DNA of 64,000 nucleotides from Dethiobacter sp. (GCA_003605065.1 QZJM01000063.1:12485-76484), one strand, 5' to 3'. Counted from the stretch's first letter, positions 40,633 through 50,441 are shown. Notes: generated from the sequence alone by a model not told the origin. Translations and numbers: made by a program.

Positions 40633-40829
40633 CAGCGCTGCAGGTAGAGTAAATTGTTTAAGTGGCTAAAAGCTCCTGGTGAAGCGAAGGCTGAAGGCGG
40701 ACCGGATGGCATGGATGCCAGCCGCCGAAAGGCGACTATGGATGGGAGTTCTGGAGGGGAGACCAGCCGGAGGCCTGAGATGAACCATGGAGCTTTCCAC
40801 GAAAACACCTGAACGATACCTGTACGCTG
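40633..40829. repeat. About 200-nt imperfect long hairpin (MITE/REP-like element or ncRNA)
   Basis: Nested complementarity CAGCG/CGCTG, TGCAGGTA/TACCTGTA, TGTTT/AAACA, GTGG/CCAC, AAAGCTCC/GGAGCTTT, TGGT/ACCA. Confidence 0.55.
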
Positions 40830-40876
40830 ACACACATTTTTATAATAGAGATTTTGACAAAAAGAGGTGGATACTT

Positions 40877-41410
40877 ATGGAAGAAATTCAGCAAAGCGTT
40901 CGTAAAATACAGGCGGCCATTCTAACTGCCAGTGACCGTAGTGCCCGGGGTGAAAGGGAAGATCTCAGCGGAAAAGTGATCGAAGAGATAGCCTGGTCAA
41001 ATGGTTGGGAAATTGTATGTTATGGTGTTGTTCCCGATGATAAAGAAACTATTAAGGTGGAACTGATAAGGCTGGCGGATAATGTAAAGGCTGATCTTGT
41101 CCTTACCACAGGTGGGACGGGGCTGGCTCCCAGGGATTTTACTCCTGAAGCTACACTGGAAATCATAGAAAAAGAAGTTCCCGGGATAGCTGAAACAATG
41201 AGAATGGAGAGCCTTAAAAAAACCCCTCATGCCATGCTCTCCCGTGCCGTCTGCGGAGTGCGCGGAAAAACTCTGATCGTAAACCTGCCGGGAAGCCCCC
41301 GGGCAGTAAGGGAATGCCTGGAGGTTATCCTGCCGGTTATCCCCCATGCTCTTCAGTTAATGCAGGGAGAGGTATCTGACTGCGGAACAACACTCCGCAT
41401 AAATAAATAA
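40877..41410 (+). CDS. mog: Molybdopterin adenylyltransferase (MogA/MoaB)
   Basis: TASDR, TTGGTG..PRD.TPEA, NLPGSP; ATG 40877 after GAGGTG. Confidence 0.9.
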   Translation: MEEIQQSVRKIQAAILTASDRSARGEREDLSGKVIEEIAWSNGWEIVCYGVVPDDKETIKVELIRLADNVKADLVLTTGGTGLAPRDFTPEATLEIIEKEVPGIAETMRMESLKKTPHAMLSRAVCGVRGKTLIVNLPGSPRAVRECLEVILPVIPHALQLMQGEVSDCGTTLRINK

Positions 41411-41505
41411 GTTAAACCAGCAGGAAAGTATGGTAAAAATGAGGAATAAATATTAAGCTTGAGAATTTCCGAACTTGTTATTTTTAGAGAAAGAGGGTTA
41501 GGTTT

Positions 41506-42036
41506 TTGGAAAAGCGGAAAGGTCTTGTTCTTGTTTATACCGGAAACGGGAAGGGAAAGACAACGGCGGCACTGGGCCTGGCCCTGAGGGCTATGGGGCA
41601 TGGCTGTCGCGTGTTTATGGTCCAGTTCAAAAAGGGAAATCCCGGTTACGGGGAAATCCAGGCCATTTATAAGTACCTGCCGGACTTCAAAGTTGTACAG
41701 TCAGGAAAAAATAAAATGTCTCCCGACGGGGTTCTTGCTGATGATGAGAACGGTGTTGTTTTAGATGGATTTAACCAGGGGAAAGAGGCGCTATGCAGCG
41801 GGGAATATGATCTGGTAATCTTTGACGAGATAAATGTGGTCATGGATCACGGGCAGCTTGCCGTTCAGGAAGTGACTGAGATGCTTTCCAGGCGCCCTGA
41901 ACACGTTGATGTTGTTTTAACCGGGCGTAATGCCCCTGAAGAAATAATTAATCTTGCCGATCTCGTCAGCGAGGTGAAAGAGATTAAACATCATTTCAAG
42001 GCGGGTGTTAAGGCCAGGGCGGGTGTGGAGTTTTGA
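41506..42036 (+). CDS. cobO: Cob(I)yrinic acid a,c-diamide adenosyltransferase
   Basis: YTGNGKGKTTAALG, VQFKK, DEIN, LTGR. Confidence 0.9.
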   Translation: MEKRKGLVLVYTGNGKGKTTAALGLALRAMGHGCRVFMVQFKKGNPGYGEIQAIYKYLPDFKVVQSGKNKMSPDGVLADDENGVVLDGFNQGKEALCSGEYDLVIFDEINVVMDHGQLAVQEVTEMLSRRPEHVDVVLTGRNAPEEIINLADLVSEVKEIKHHFKAGVKARAGVEF

Positions 42037-42872
42037 CCAGAGAACATTCTCAAATGAAAAAAAGAAAAATATCGTCTTCCTCCACGAAAAAATCCGACAA
42101 GAGCATACTCGGTAACAGGATAAGATCTTTCCGCGTTGAACGGGGGCTTACCCTGAATCAGCTTGCCGGTATGGCCGGGCTTTCGGCATCGTATTTAAGC
42201 ACGATTGAACGGGGCCTCAAAAAACCGTCAATTCCTGTGCTGAAACAGATTAGCGAGGCGCTCAATGTTTCTCCTTCTTTGCTTATTAGAACAGAGGAGG
42301 AAGCTTTTACGGGAAGTAAAATGCGTTTTCTTCGCGAGGGTAGAGGACTATCTGTAGAGGAACTTGCTGAAATCAGTGACATTCCGGCCCCAATGATTTC
42401 CAAATTTGAATCCGGTGAGGCTCAACCCGACTACGAACAACTGGAGCGCCTCGCTGAGGCTTTGAATTTAACGGCAACATGTTTTGTAGAAAAAAGCTAC
42501 TATAAGACGAGTATTGGTGACCGCCTGAAACAGCTCAGGGAAGCCCAGGGAATGACGCTTTCATTTCTGGCTGAAAAAGCTGGTGTTTCTCCTGGCCTGA
42601 TCAGCCAGATCGAAGGCGGTTATACCATCCCTTCCCTGGATACTCTGGAACGGATCTCTGTAGTACTGGGAACTTCACTTAATTATTTCTTACTTGAACA
42701 CGAGGAGGTAGAGAATCTTCTGACTTCCCTTGGGCCTGATTTACTCGAACTCCTCAGTGATCACAATGTCCAGGCTGTGCTGCGCTCCATTCGTGATTTT
42801 AATTCCGCAGAACTTCGTTATGTTCTTAATTATTTGCAATTTTTTAAAAGAAACCGCAAAATACTTTCTTAA
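42033..42872 (+). CDS. XRE-family regulator with three tandem HTH domains
   Basis: Three repeats of R..RGLT/S..LA..AG.S...S.IE.G...P. Confidence 0.85.
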   Translation: MTREHSQMKKRKISSSSTKKSDKSILGNRIRSFRVERGLTLNQLAGMAGLSASYLSTIERGLKKPSIPVLKQISEALNVSPSLLIRTEEEAFTGSKMRFLREGRGLSVEELAEISDIPAPMISKFESGEAQPDYEQLERLAEALNLTATCFVEKSYYKTSIGDRLKQLREAQGMTLSFLAEKAGVSPGLISQIEGGYTIPSLDTLERISVVLGTSLNYFLLEHEEVENLLTSLGPDLLELLSDHNVQAVLRSIRDFNSAELRYVLNYLQFFKRNRKILS

Positions 42873-42986
42873 GAGAAGTGAGCCTCTGAAAAGAAAATTT
42901 GCCCTGGTAAGAAGCAACCAAAAAGGTTAAAGCAAAGAAATCTTTTGTCGTATTTAATAAAAGAAAAATTCTTATAAAATTCATAC

Positions 42987-43015
42987 TTGACAAAATAAGA
43001 AGATTTTGCTATTAT
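42987..43015 (+). promoter_or_regulatory. sigmaA-type promoter of methyltransferase operon
   Basis: TTGACA-N17-TATTAT with TG extension. Confidence 0.65.
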
Positions 43016-43277
43016 GCTTATGTAACCCTGCCAATAAAAAAATTAATACAATTAAATTCCACTCTTTAATCCTGCGGAATTTTTTATTATGCCCCTTATT
43101 TAGTAGCAGTAAAAATAAATTTTTTTAATAAATAATTTAGTAAAAGACAAATTACATTATTTTAATTTTAATATTGTTTTAAGTTTTAGATTTAAATGAT
43201 AATTTAAAAAAGGTAAAAAAGTTAAAGGTTAAAAACTAGAGGTTTCGGGCAAGTAATAAATAAGGGAGGCAAAAAAA

Positions 43278-43958
43278 ATGTCTGAAGAAAAACAAAAAGA
43301 ACTATTTGAGAGGTTAAAGCAAGGGGTTATCAATTATGATGAGGAAGAAGTAGCCAGCGCAGCCAAAACGGTCTTAGAAGAAGGGATTGATGCTGTAAAG
43401 GCGGTCTTTGAAGGCCTGGTGCCGGGTATGGAGCATGTTGGAGAACTGTATGAACAGCAGGAATATTTTGTTCCTGAACTTTTAATGTGTGCCGATGCCA
43501 TGTATGCCGGTCTCGATATCTTAAGGCCCCATATGTCCAAAAAAGACCTTGGCATTACAGGAGTTGTTGTCATGGGTGTTGTCCAGGGGGATGTTCACGA
43601 TATCGGCAAAAATATCGTCAGGATGATGTTCGATGTAGCCGGTTTTGAAGTACATGACTTGGGACGCGATGTTCCCCTGGAGGTTTTCGTGGAAGAGCAG
43701 CTTCGTACCGATGCCGATCTGGTTTGTTTGTCAGCGATGATGACCACCACCATGGTAGGGATGAAAGATATTATTGCCCAGATTAAAGCCAAAAACCCTA
43801 ACGCCAGGATTATGATTGGCGGCGCTCCTGTAACAGAAGAAATCGCCGAGAAGTTTGGAGCTGATGGTTATGCTGAAGATGCCAGTAATGCTTTGAAAGA
43901 CGCTATTAAAATGTTGAGCACGCTTAAAAAAATTCAGGAAGAAGCAGAAACAGCTTAA
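43278..43958 (+). CDS. Methyltransferase corrinoid protein
   Basis: EYFVPELL cap, GDVHDIGKNIV, SAMMTTT, IGGAP. Confidence 0.92.
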   Translation: MSEEKQKELFERLKQGVINYDEEEVASAAKTVLEEGIDAVKAVFEGLVPGMEHVGELYEQQEYFVPELLMCADAMYAGLDILRPHMSKKDLGITGVVVMGVVQGDVHDIGKNIVRMMFDVAGFEVHDLGRDVPLEVFVEEQLRTDADLVCLSAMMTTTMVGMKDIIAQIKAKNPNARIMIGGAPVTEEIAEKFGADGYAEDASNALKDAIKMLSTLKKIQEEAETA

Positions 43959-43989
43959 AGCAGAAATTGTTTTTTAAGGAGGAAACACG

Positions 43990-45933
43990 ATGGGGCACAC
44001 CGTTATTTTTCAGCCTTCCGGCAGGCGTGGCATTGTTGAAGCCGGAAAGAATCTTCTCGAGGCGGCACGCGAGCTGGGGGTGGATATTGAATCTCCCTGT
44101 GGGGGGTCTAAAGTCTGCGGTAAGTGTAAAGTAAAAATCGAGGAAGGGTTTTTTGAGAAATTTGGTATCGAATCCAGAATGAGCAGTCTTTCGCCCACGA
44201 TGGAAGAGGAGAAAGACGAACTGGAGAAGCAGGAATTGGAGAACAACTACCGGTTAGCATGTTGTGCCGAAGTCCAGGGAAATATCCTGGTTTTTGTCCC
44301 TGAAGAGTCCCGGGGTGCGCAGCAGGTGATCCTGGAAACCGGAAGAGAGAGGGAGATCTCTGTAGATCCTGCTGTCCGAAACTTTTATATTGAAATGGTC
44401 CCTGCAACTCTTCATGATCAGACCGACGATTTTGTTCGTATCAAGAATGCCCTGGAGGAAAAGTATGGACTTAAAGACATCGAATATATTGACTATCCTG
44501 TGGTTGTAAATCTTCCCGAGACTATTCGTTCTGCTAACTGGAAGGTGACGGTCAGCATCTGGAAAGGATGTGAAATAATCAAGGTTTCCTCCGGGCTGGT
44601 GGAAAACCCCTGGGGAATTGCCATTGATGTGGGCAGTACCACAGTGGCGGCTTACCTCTGTAATCTAAGGACTGGTGAATCTCCCGTGAAAAAATCCATG
44701 ATGAATCCCCAGATTACCTATGGGGAAGATGTCCTTTCCCGTATAACCTATACGATGATGAATGAAGACGGGCTGGAGAAAATGAGCAGGGCGATTATTG
44801 GAGGTATTAATTCTCTTGTAAAGGGGATTACAGAGGAGGCAGGTTTAACCCCGGAAGACATAATTGATATGGTTCTTGTGGGCAATACGGCTATGCATCA
44901 TCTTCTCCTGGCTATTGATCCCAAATATGTCGGTCGTGCTCCTTTTGCACCGGCGCTAAAATGCGGTATTGATTTCAAGGCGCGCGATCTCGGCATAAAC
45001 ATTAATAAAAATTCGTATGTGCACTGGCTGCCCATTGAAGCAGGTTTTGTCGGTGCGGACAACGTTTCGGTGCTCATTGCCGAGGAACCATATAATCAGG
45101 ACAAGATGATGCTGGTTATAGATATCGGTACCAATGGAGAAATTGTTTTCGGCAACAGGGAAAAGCTTTTTTCAACATCCTGTGCAACAGGCCCTGCCCT
45201 GGAAGGAGCACAGATTGCCTTTGGTATGCGTGCCGCTCCTGGGGCTATTGAATGGGTAAAGATTGATCCGGAAACGAAAGAGCCACAATTTAAAGTTATC
45301 GGTCAAAATGACTGGTATAAAGAAGGTGACGAACCCCTGGCTAAGGGGATTTGTGGCTCCGGTATCATTGACGTTATTGCGGAAATGTTTAAGGCCGGGG
45401 TTATTGAAAAATCGGGCCGTATTAACCAAAAAATCGACAGCCCCAGAATTCGTAAAAAGGCCGACGGTAAAATGGAGTATGTGCTCTGTTATGCCCATCA
45501 AACTTCCATAGGAAAGGATATTACTGTTACACAGGGAGACGTCCGTGCTGTGCAGCTGGCCAAAGCAGCTCTCTATTGTGGTGCTGAGTATCTCATTGAA
45601 AAGCGCGGCATGGAAAAACCGGATCAAATTGTGCTTGCAGGTGCTTTTGGCAGCTATATTAATAAGGAAAGCGCCATGGTTATGGGCATGATTCCTGACT
45701 GTGATCTGGACAATGTCCAGGCGGTGGGGAATGCCGCCGGTGACGGAGCCAAGCTGGCTCTCTTGAGCATGCAAAAACGCCGGGAAGCTGAGACAGTAGC
45801 CAGGTTTGTGGAGTTTATTGAAACAGCTACAGAACCAGATTTCCAGCCCCGGTTTGCGGAAGCTATGGCTTTTCCCCACAGAAGCCACCTATTTCCCAGC
45901 ATCCAGCATATTCTTGATAAAATTCCCAAGTAA
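43990..45933 (+). CDS. Reductive activator of corrinoid proteins (RACo/ASKHA, N-terminal 2Fe-2S)
   Basis: CGGSKVCGKC...RLAC, DVGSTT, DIGTNGE, GPALEG, GICGSG, LAGAFG, GNAAG. Confidence 0.9.
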   Translation: MGHTVIFQPSGRRGIVEAGKNLLEAARELGVDIESPCGGSKVCGKCKVKIEEGFFEKFGIESRMSSLSPTMEEEKDELEKQELENNYRLACCAEVQGNILVFVPEESRGAQQVILETGREREISVDPAVRNFYIEMVPATLHDQTDDFVRIKNALEEKYGLKDIEYIDYPVVVNLPETIRSANWKVTVSIWKGCEIIKVSSGLVENPWGIAIDVGSTTVAAYLCNLRTGESPVKKSMMNPQITYGEDVLSRITYTMMNEDGLEKMSRAIIGGINSLVKGITEEAGLTPEDIIDMVLVGNTAMHHLLLAIDPKYVGRAPFAPALKCGIDFKARDLGININKNSYVHWLPIEAGFVGADNVSVLIAEEPYNQDKMMLVIDIGTNGEIVFGNREKLFSTSCATGPALEGAQIAFGMRAAPGAIEWVKIDPETKEPQFKVIGQNDWYKEGDEPLAKGICGSGIIDVIAEMFKAGVIEKSGRINQKIDSPRIRKKADGKMEYVLCYAHQTSIGKDITVTQGDVRAVQLAKAALYCGAEYLIEKRGMEKPDQIVLAGAFGSYINKESAMVMGMIPDCDLDNVQAVGNAAGDGAKLALLSMQKRREAETVARFVEFIETATEPDFQPRFAEAMAFPHRSHLFPSIQHILDKIPK

Positions 45934-45983
45934 TTGGATTTTTAGATTTCGGATTAAAAAGAAAACAAAGGTGGGTACGTAAG

Positions 45984-46928
45984 ATGTTTACCATAACAAA
46001 AGAACAAAAGGTTTGCCAGATTGGCCCTTGGACGATTGGCGGGCAGCCGGGCGATAATCCTCCGCTGTTGATTGCCTCCATGTTTCATAAAGGCGATCGC
46101 ATCCTGGAAAAGCGGAAGGAAGGAAAATTCGATCGCGTAAAGGCGGCTGACTACATCAAACGGCAGGAGGAGCTTTCTGAACAGACAGGGATCCCTGCTC
46201 TTACTGCCATGGTGGCCAATTCTGCCGATGAGATGAAGCGCTATATAGATTTTTACACCGGGTTGAGCAGTAAGCCCTTTGCCGTTGACATGTGGATGCA
46301 GGACCCTCGTGTTGAAGCTGTAAAATACGTCGCGGAGCTCGGCTTAACTGACCGGCTCCTTTATAACAGCATTACTCCCTGGGATAAGGATATTCCCGGA
46401 CAGGTGGCCATGCTTAAAGAGCTGGGTGTCAAGCATGTTGTTGTCCAGGTCTATGATGATAATGATCCTACTCCACAGGGAAGGGTTTCCAGTTTTCGCA
46501 GGATGATGGATATGATCGGTGAGGATAATTTTGAAACGATCCTGGTGGATACCTCCGTGATGAACCTGCCTGCTACTTCCTTTTCGTCTGTGGCAAACAG
46601 GTTAATTAAGGAAGAATTCGGGGTTCCGGTAGGCCTGGCTTCATCAAACGGCACTTTTATGTGGAAGGCGGCCCGCGAAATGTGGGGAGACGAAGGCTTT
46701 TCCTCCATGAACGTGGCGGGGCAGGCAGTGGCGACTATGTTCTGGTGTGATGCCATCTTTTACGGGCCGCAGGTTATAGCACCGCGTGTTTTCCCCGCGG
46801 TGGTAAGTGCAGCGTTAATGCTGGCCACATTTGTTTACCAGGAAACAAACAGTTTGCCATCCAATCCCAATCACCCCCTGTATAAATTTTTCGGAGACTT
46901 TGTGGAAAAGTTGAAGGCCGGTAAATAA
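45984..46928 (+). CDS. MtrH/MtgA-like methylcorrinoid:tetrahydrofolate methyltransferase
   Basis: KEQKVCQIG...IGGQPGDNPPLLIASMFH, LYNSI, ILVD, FYGP. Confidence 0.8.
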   Translation: MFTITKEQKVCQIGPWTIGGQPGDNPPLLIASMFHKGDRILEKRKEGKFDRVKAADYIKRQEELSEQTGIPALTAMVANSADEMKRYIDFYTGLSSKPFAVDMWMQDPRVEAVKYVAELGLTDRLLYNSITPWDKDIPGQVAMLKELGVKHVVVQVYDDNDPTPQGRVSSFRRMMDMIGEDNFETILVDTSVMNLPATSFSSVANRLIKEEFGVPVGLASSNGTFMWKAAREMWGDEGFSSMNVAGQAVATMFWCDAIFYGPQVIAPRVFPAVVSAALMLATFVYQETNSLPSNPNHPLYKFFGDFVEKLKAGK

Positions 46929-47063
46929 AAAAAGGAAAGGTAAAAAATCAGTGGCTAAATTTGACAGACAACGGGTTCAGGAATTAACTAATGTATCTGG
47001 TTCCTAAAAGAATAGCAACGTAAATAGTGATAAATTAAAAAAATCAATAGGGTGGTGCGATAA

Positions 47064-48134
47064 ATGACTTTAACATCAAAAGAACGGGTATTAAACCAGC
47101 TACAGGGCAAGGAGATAGACCGGGTGCCCTGCTACAGCGGGATGGGCAATGTTACAGTAACGGGGTTGAAACAACTGGGCTACAGGTTCCCCCATGTGCA
47201 CAGCGACGCCGAAAAAATGGCCAAACTGGCGGCTACTTCATACAAGCTGTTTGGCTATGAGTGCGCTGTGGTTCCCTTTGATTTCTGCCTGGAGGCAGAA
47301 GCGCTGGGTTGTGTGATAAATCCTTACGAGGATGTAGAGCACCTTCTTTACCCTACCATCAAGGAGAAAGCTATACACAGCGAGGCGGAGATGGCCACTT
47401 TTCCCGTCCCGGAAGACTTAGAAAATGTTGGCCGGGTTCCTGTAGTAGTCGAGGCCATCCGGCGTTTGAAAGAGGATATCGGAGATAAAGTAGCTGTGGG
47501 CACATATTTCACTGCCCCCTTTACTTTGGCTGGTCAAATTTTTGATCTGGACCAGCTCTTTAAGCTATCCTTCAAAAAACAGGATCTTGTTGGCCAAATG
47601 CTCGACAGGCTCGCCGATGTCCTTATCGAACTGGGTAAAATTTATCGTGATGCCGGGGCCGATTATATTAACGTGCGTGAAATGGGGGCAACGACGGATA
47701 TCTTAAGTCCCCGCAGCTTTAAATCCTTGATTTTGCCTCCTCTCCAGAAAATTCATGCCGCGTTAAGTGCTTTAGGAATTCCCAATATCCTGCACATTTG
47801 TGGAGCGACTAATGCTATTGTTCCACTTATGATTGAAGCTGGTGCTGATGCTATTACCGTTGAGGTTAAAAACAATATGCTGAAAACAAGGGAAGATATT
47901 GGTTTTGAACCACTTGTTTTCGGCAATCTTGATGCTTATAAATTATTTGTCCATGACAGCGTGGAGGATGTGGAAAAAGCTGTTATAACTGCTCTGGAGC
48001 AGAGTGTCGACGCTATATGGCCCGGCTGCGATATCTGGCCTGAGGCCAAGCCGGAGAACTTTAAAGCTATGGTCGAGGCTACGGAAAAATATGGCGCGGA
48101 AAAATGGGTGCGCAAACAAAAGTCCGCATCGTAA
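47064..48134 (+). CDS. MtaA/CmuA-family (UroD-fold) methyltransferase
   Basis: VPFDFCLEAEALG, GRVPVV, Zn motif LHICG...PGCD. Confidence 0.85.
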   Translation: MTLTSKERVLNQLQGKEIDRVPCYSGMGNVTVTGLKQLGYRFPHVHSDAEKMAKLAATSYKLFGYECAVVPFDFCLEAEALGCVINPYEDVEHLLYPTIKEKAIHSEAEMATFPVPEDLENVGRVPVVVEAIRRLKEDIGDKVAVGTYFTAPFTLAGQIFDLDQLFKLSFKKQDLVGQMLDRLADVLIELGKIYRDAGADYINVREMGATTDILSPRSFKSLILPPLQKIHAALSALGIPNILHICGATNAIVPLMIEAGADAITVEVKNNMLKTREDIGFEPLVFGNLDAYKLFVHDSVEDVEKAVITALEQSVDAIWPGCDIWPEAKPENFKAMVEATEKYGAEKWVRKQKSAS

Positions 48135-48145
48135 TGTCATAAATT

Positions 48146-49192
48146 ATGGAGGAGGTAAATAAAATGTCGGCAATGACTGCAAGGGAACGTTTTTTAAACA
48201 AGCTGGCAGGAAAGGAAACTGATCGTGTTCCTGTTTTTTGTGCTGATCAAACGGGAACTTATGAACAGATGGATAACTTACGGTCTTTTTGGCCGGAAGC
48301 CCATCAGAAGGCCAAAGAAATGGCCGGGCTGGCCCTGGGCGCCTTTACTGTTGCGGGCTTTGATGCTGTAAGAGTTCCGTTCTGCCAGACAATTGAGGCC
48401 GAGGCACTGGGAGCGGGCATAAAATATGCAGGAAAAGAGGGGATCCCCAGTGTTAACGTCCACCCCTACAAGCTGGGTGAGCCTGTCGGACCTCTTCCGG
48501 AGAATTTTTTAGAACGGGGCAGAATACCGGAATTAATTGAGGCGGTAAGGATCTTGAAACGTGAAGTGGGGGATCAGGCTGTTATTATTGGCGGCATCAT
48601 TGGGCCTTTCAGTATTGCCGCCAGCCTGATTGGTATTACCGATATTTTGAAGGCAGCTTTTAAGACCCCGGAAAAGGTTAAACCTTATCTGGACCTTGCC
48701 GGGGAAGCGGGAACAACTTTAGGAAAAGCCTTAATCGAAGCCGGAGCGGATTTGATCTGTGTTGAGGATATGATGGCCTCTATGGATATGATTAGCCCCA
48801 AAATTTACAGGGAACTGGTGGCTCCCTGGGAAACAAGGCAAAATGCCGCTTTATCCGTGCCCGTTATTCTTCACATTTGTGGAAAGACCGATATAATTAT
48901 TGACGATATGGCCAATACAGGAGCCAGTATACTCAGTGTCGAACCAAAAGTTGATGCACCTGCTGCTAAGGAAAAATTAAAAAAATACGACCGCTTTATT
49001 CCTCTAATCGGTGGTGTGGATGCCGTAACAACACTCTTTTCCGGCAGCGAGGAAGAAGTTGTACAGGAGACGATTAAAGCTATCAATCAGGGTTACGACA
49101 TGATTGCACCCGGTTGTTCCATCGCTCCTGGCTCCCCTGTCGTTAATTTACGGGCGATGATCAAAGGCGCTACCCTGGCAAAGGAACAGTAA
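48146..49192 (+). CDS. MtaA/CmuA-family (UroD-fold) methyltransferase
   Basis: VRVPFCQTIEAEALG, GRIP, GPFSIA, LHICG...APGCSI. Confidence 0.88.
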   Translation: MEEVNKMSAMTARERFLNKLAGKETDRVPVFCADQTGTYEQMDNLRSFWPEAHQKAKEMAGLALGAFTVAGFDAVRVPFCQTIEAEALGAGIKYAGKEGIPSVNVHPYKLGEPVGPLPENFLERGRIPELIEAVRILKREVGDQAVIIGGIIGPFSIAASLIGITDILKAAFKTPEKVKPYLDLAGEAGTTLGKALIEAGADLICVEDMMASMDMISPKIYRELVAPWETRQNAALSVPVILHICGKTDIIIDDMANTGASILSVEPKVDAPAAKEKLKKYDRFIPLIGGVDAVTTLFSGSEEEVVQETIKAINQGYDMIAPGCSIAPGSPVVNLRAMIKGATLAKEQ

Positions 49193-49271
49193 AATAGGCC
49201 CGGTGTTAAAATAAATATCCGCAGTCTTTTCAGCGAAAAACATCACCTTTTTATTTAGTATAATTTCTGGC

Positions 49272-50009
49272 ATGGGAAAGAGCTGTGGAGAACGGGTGAT
49301 ATTTGTGAGAGTTAAAATTCCGTATCCATTTTTGGACTTTGAAAATTTGGATTTACAGATTAAAAAAATGGGTGCTGATCTGGTGGGATTTGGTGATGTG
49401 AGTTCCGGCCTTGCTCCTGAATTTTCTCATATTCCCAAAGCCATTGCCCTTGGCATTAAGTATCCGGTATTTGAGGTAGATATTAATAAACCAAATTGTT
49501 TTTTGGAACGGTGCTTTTCCATCGATAAGCGTTTGCAGGAGATTCAGAAAAAAGTTGCGGCAATTTTAAGAAATAACGGCTGGCGGGCGTTGCTAATCCC
49601 CCCGGACTCTCACCGGGAAATCTCCAGTTTTATTGCCAGGTTGTACCATTTATTTCCTCACAAAACAGCAGCTACTTGCTCCGGGCTTGGCTGGATCGGC
49701 AAAAACGGGCTGTTGATCAGTCAGGAATTCGGGCCGCGTTTGAGCTGGGCTACAGTTTTAACGGATGCACCCCTTTTGCTAACCCCTTATCCTATTACTA
49801 TCAGCCACTGCGGTAATTGCCGCTATTGTGTGGACGCCTGCCCGGCTGGAGCCATTCGTAACGTTCTCTGGGAGCGGAAGAACAGTTATGAACCTTTAAT
49901 TGATGTACAGCGCTGCTTTGCCCAGTTGCAAAAAAACCAGGAACTCTACGGGCATTTTTCCTGTGGGGTTTGCGTACTGGTTTGCCCGCAGGGTATATCA
50001 CAAAAGTAA
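49272..50009 (+). CDS. QueG/RdhA-like 4Fe-4S double-cluster protein
   Basis: GADLVGFGD, HKTAATCSGLGWIGKN, FGPRL, CGNCRYCVDACP, CGVCVLVCP. Confidence 0.8.
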   Translation: MGKSCGERVIFVRVKIPYPFLDFENLDLQIKKMGADLVGFGDVSSGLAPEFSHIPKAIALGIKYPVFEVDINKPNCFLERCFSIDKRLQEIQKKVAAILRNNGWRALLIPPDSHREISSFIARLYHLFPHKTAATCSGLGWIGKNGLLISQEFGPRLSWATVLTDAPLLLTPYPITISHCGNCRYCVDACPAGAIRNVLWERKNSYEPLIDVQRCFAQLQKNQELYGHFSCGVCVLVCPQGISQK

Positions 50010-50061
50010 GGCTTACTATCAAAAACAATCTGCTTTTTTTAACATTTAAAAATGTTTAGTC

Positions 50062-50090
50062 TTGACAAAATTAACTTTACTTTATATAAT
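50062..50090 (+). promoter_or_regulatory. Consensus sigmaA promoter upstream of riboswitch and pyl operon
   Basis: TTGACA-N17-TATAAT perfect match. Confidence 0.85.
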
Positions 50091-50169
50091 TAAAGACAAC
50101 ATAAACTTTACTGTTACTAAATATTTTAACACTTAGAGTTGTTAATAAATATGTTAAATATACTTGGTA

Positions 50170-50340
50170 ATGATTCGGGTGCTTCTCTTTCACCTGGAGA
50201 AGATAATAGGGAACCAGGTGTAATTCCTGGGCGGTCGCGCCACTGTGAAGGGAGAGCTTATTTCAGAAAGGTCACTGGATAAAATCCGGGAAGGCAGAAA
50301 TAAGCTATGACCCCAAAGTCAGGAAACCTGCCCGTTTCAT
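50170..50340 (+). promoter_or_regulatory. Cobalamin riboswitch
   Basis: GGTG...AATAGGGAA, GGTGTAATTCC, CGGTCGCGCCACTGTGA, GTCACTGG...CCGGGAAGG, B12 box AGTCAGGAAACCTGCC. Confidence 0.95.
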
Positions 50341-50441
50341 AGTACATAAAAAAACCTTCTTCGCGTTAAGGGAGGGGTAATTAACATATTAAAACTCGCG
50401 CGGATAAGGTGGTATTATTTAAAATGGAGAATATGGTTAAT

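Noticed and set aside
40600-40860. Moco/Wco riboswitch upstream of mog
   Set aside because: Position is suggestive but the expected conserved motifs were not found; kept as an unexplained hairpin.
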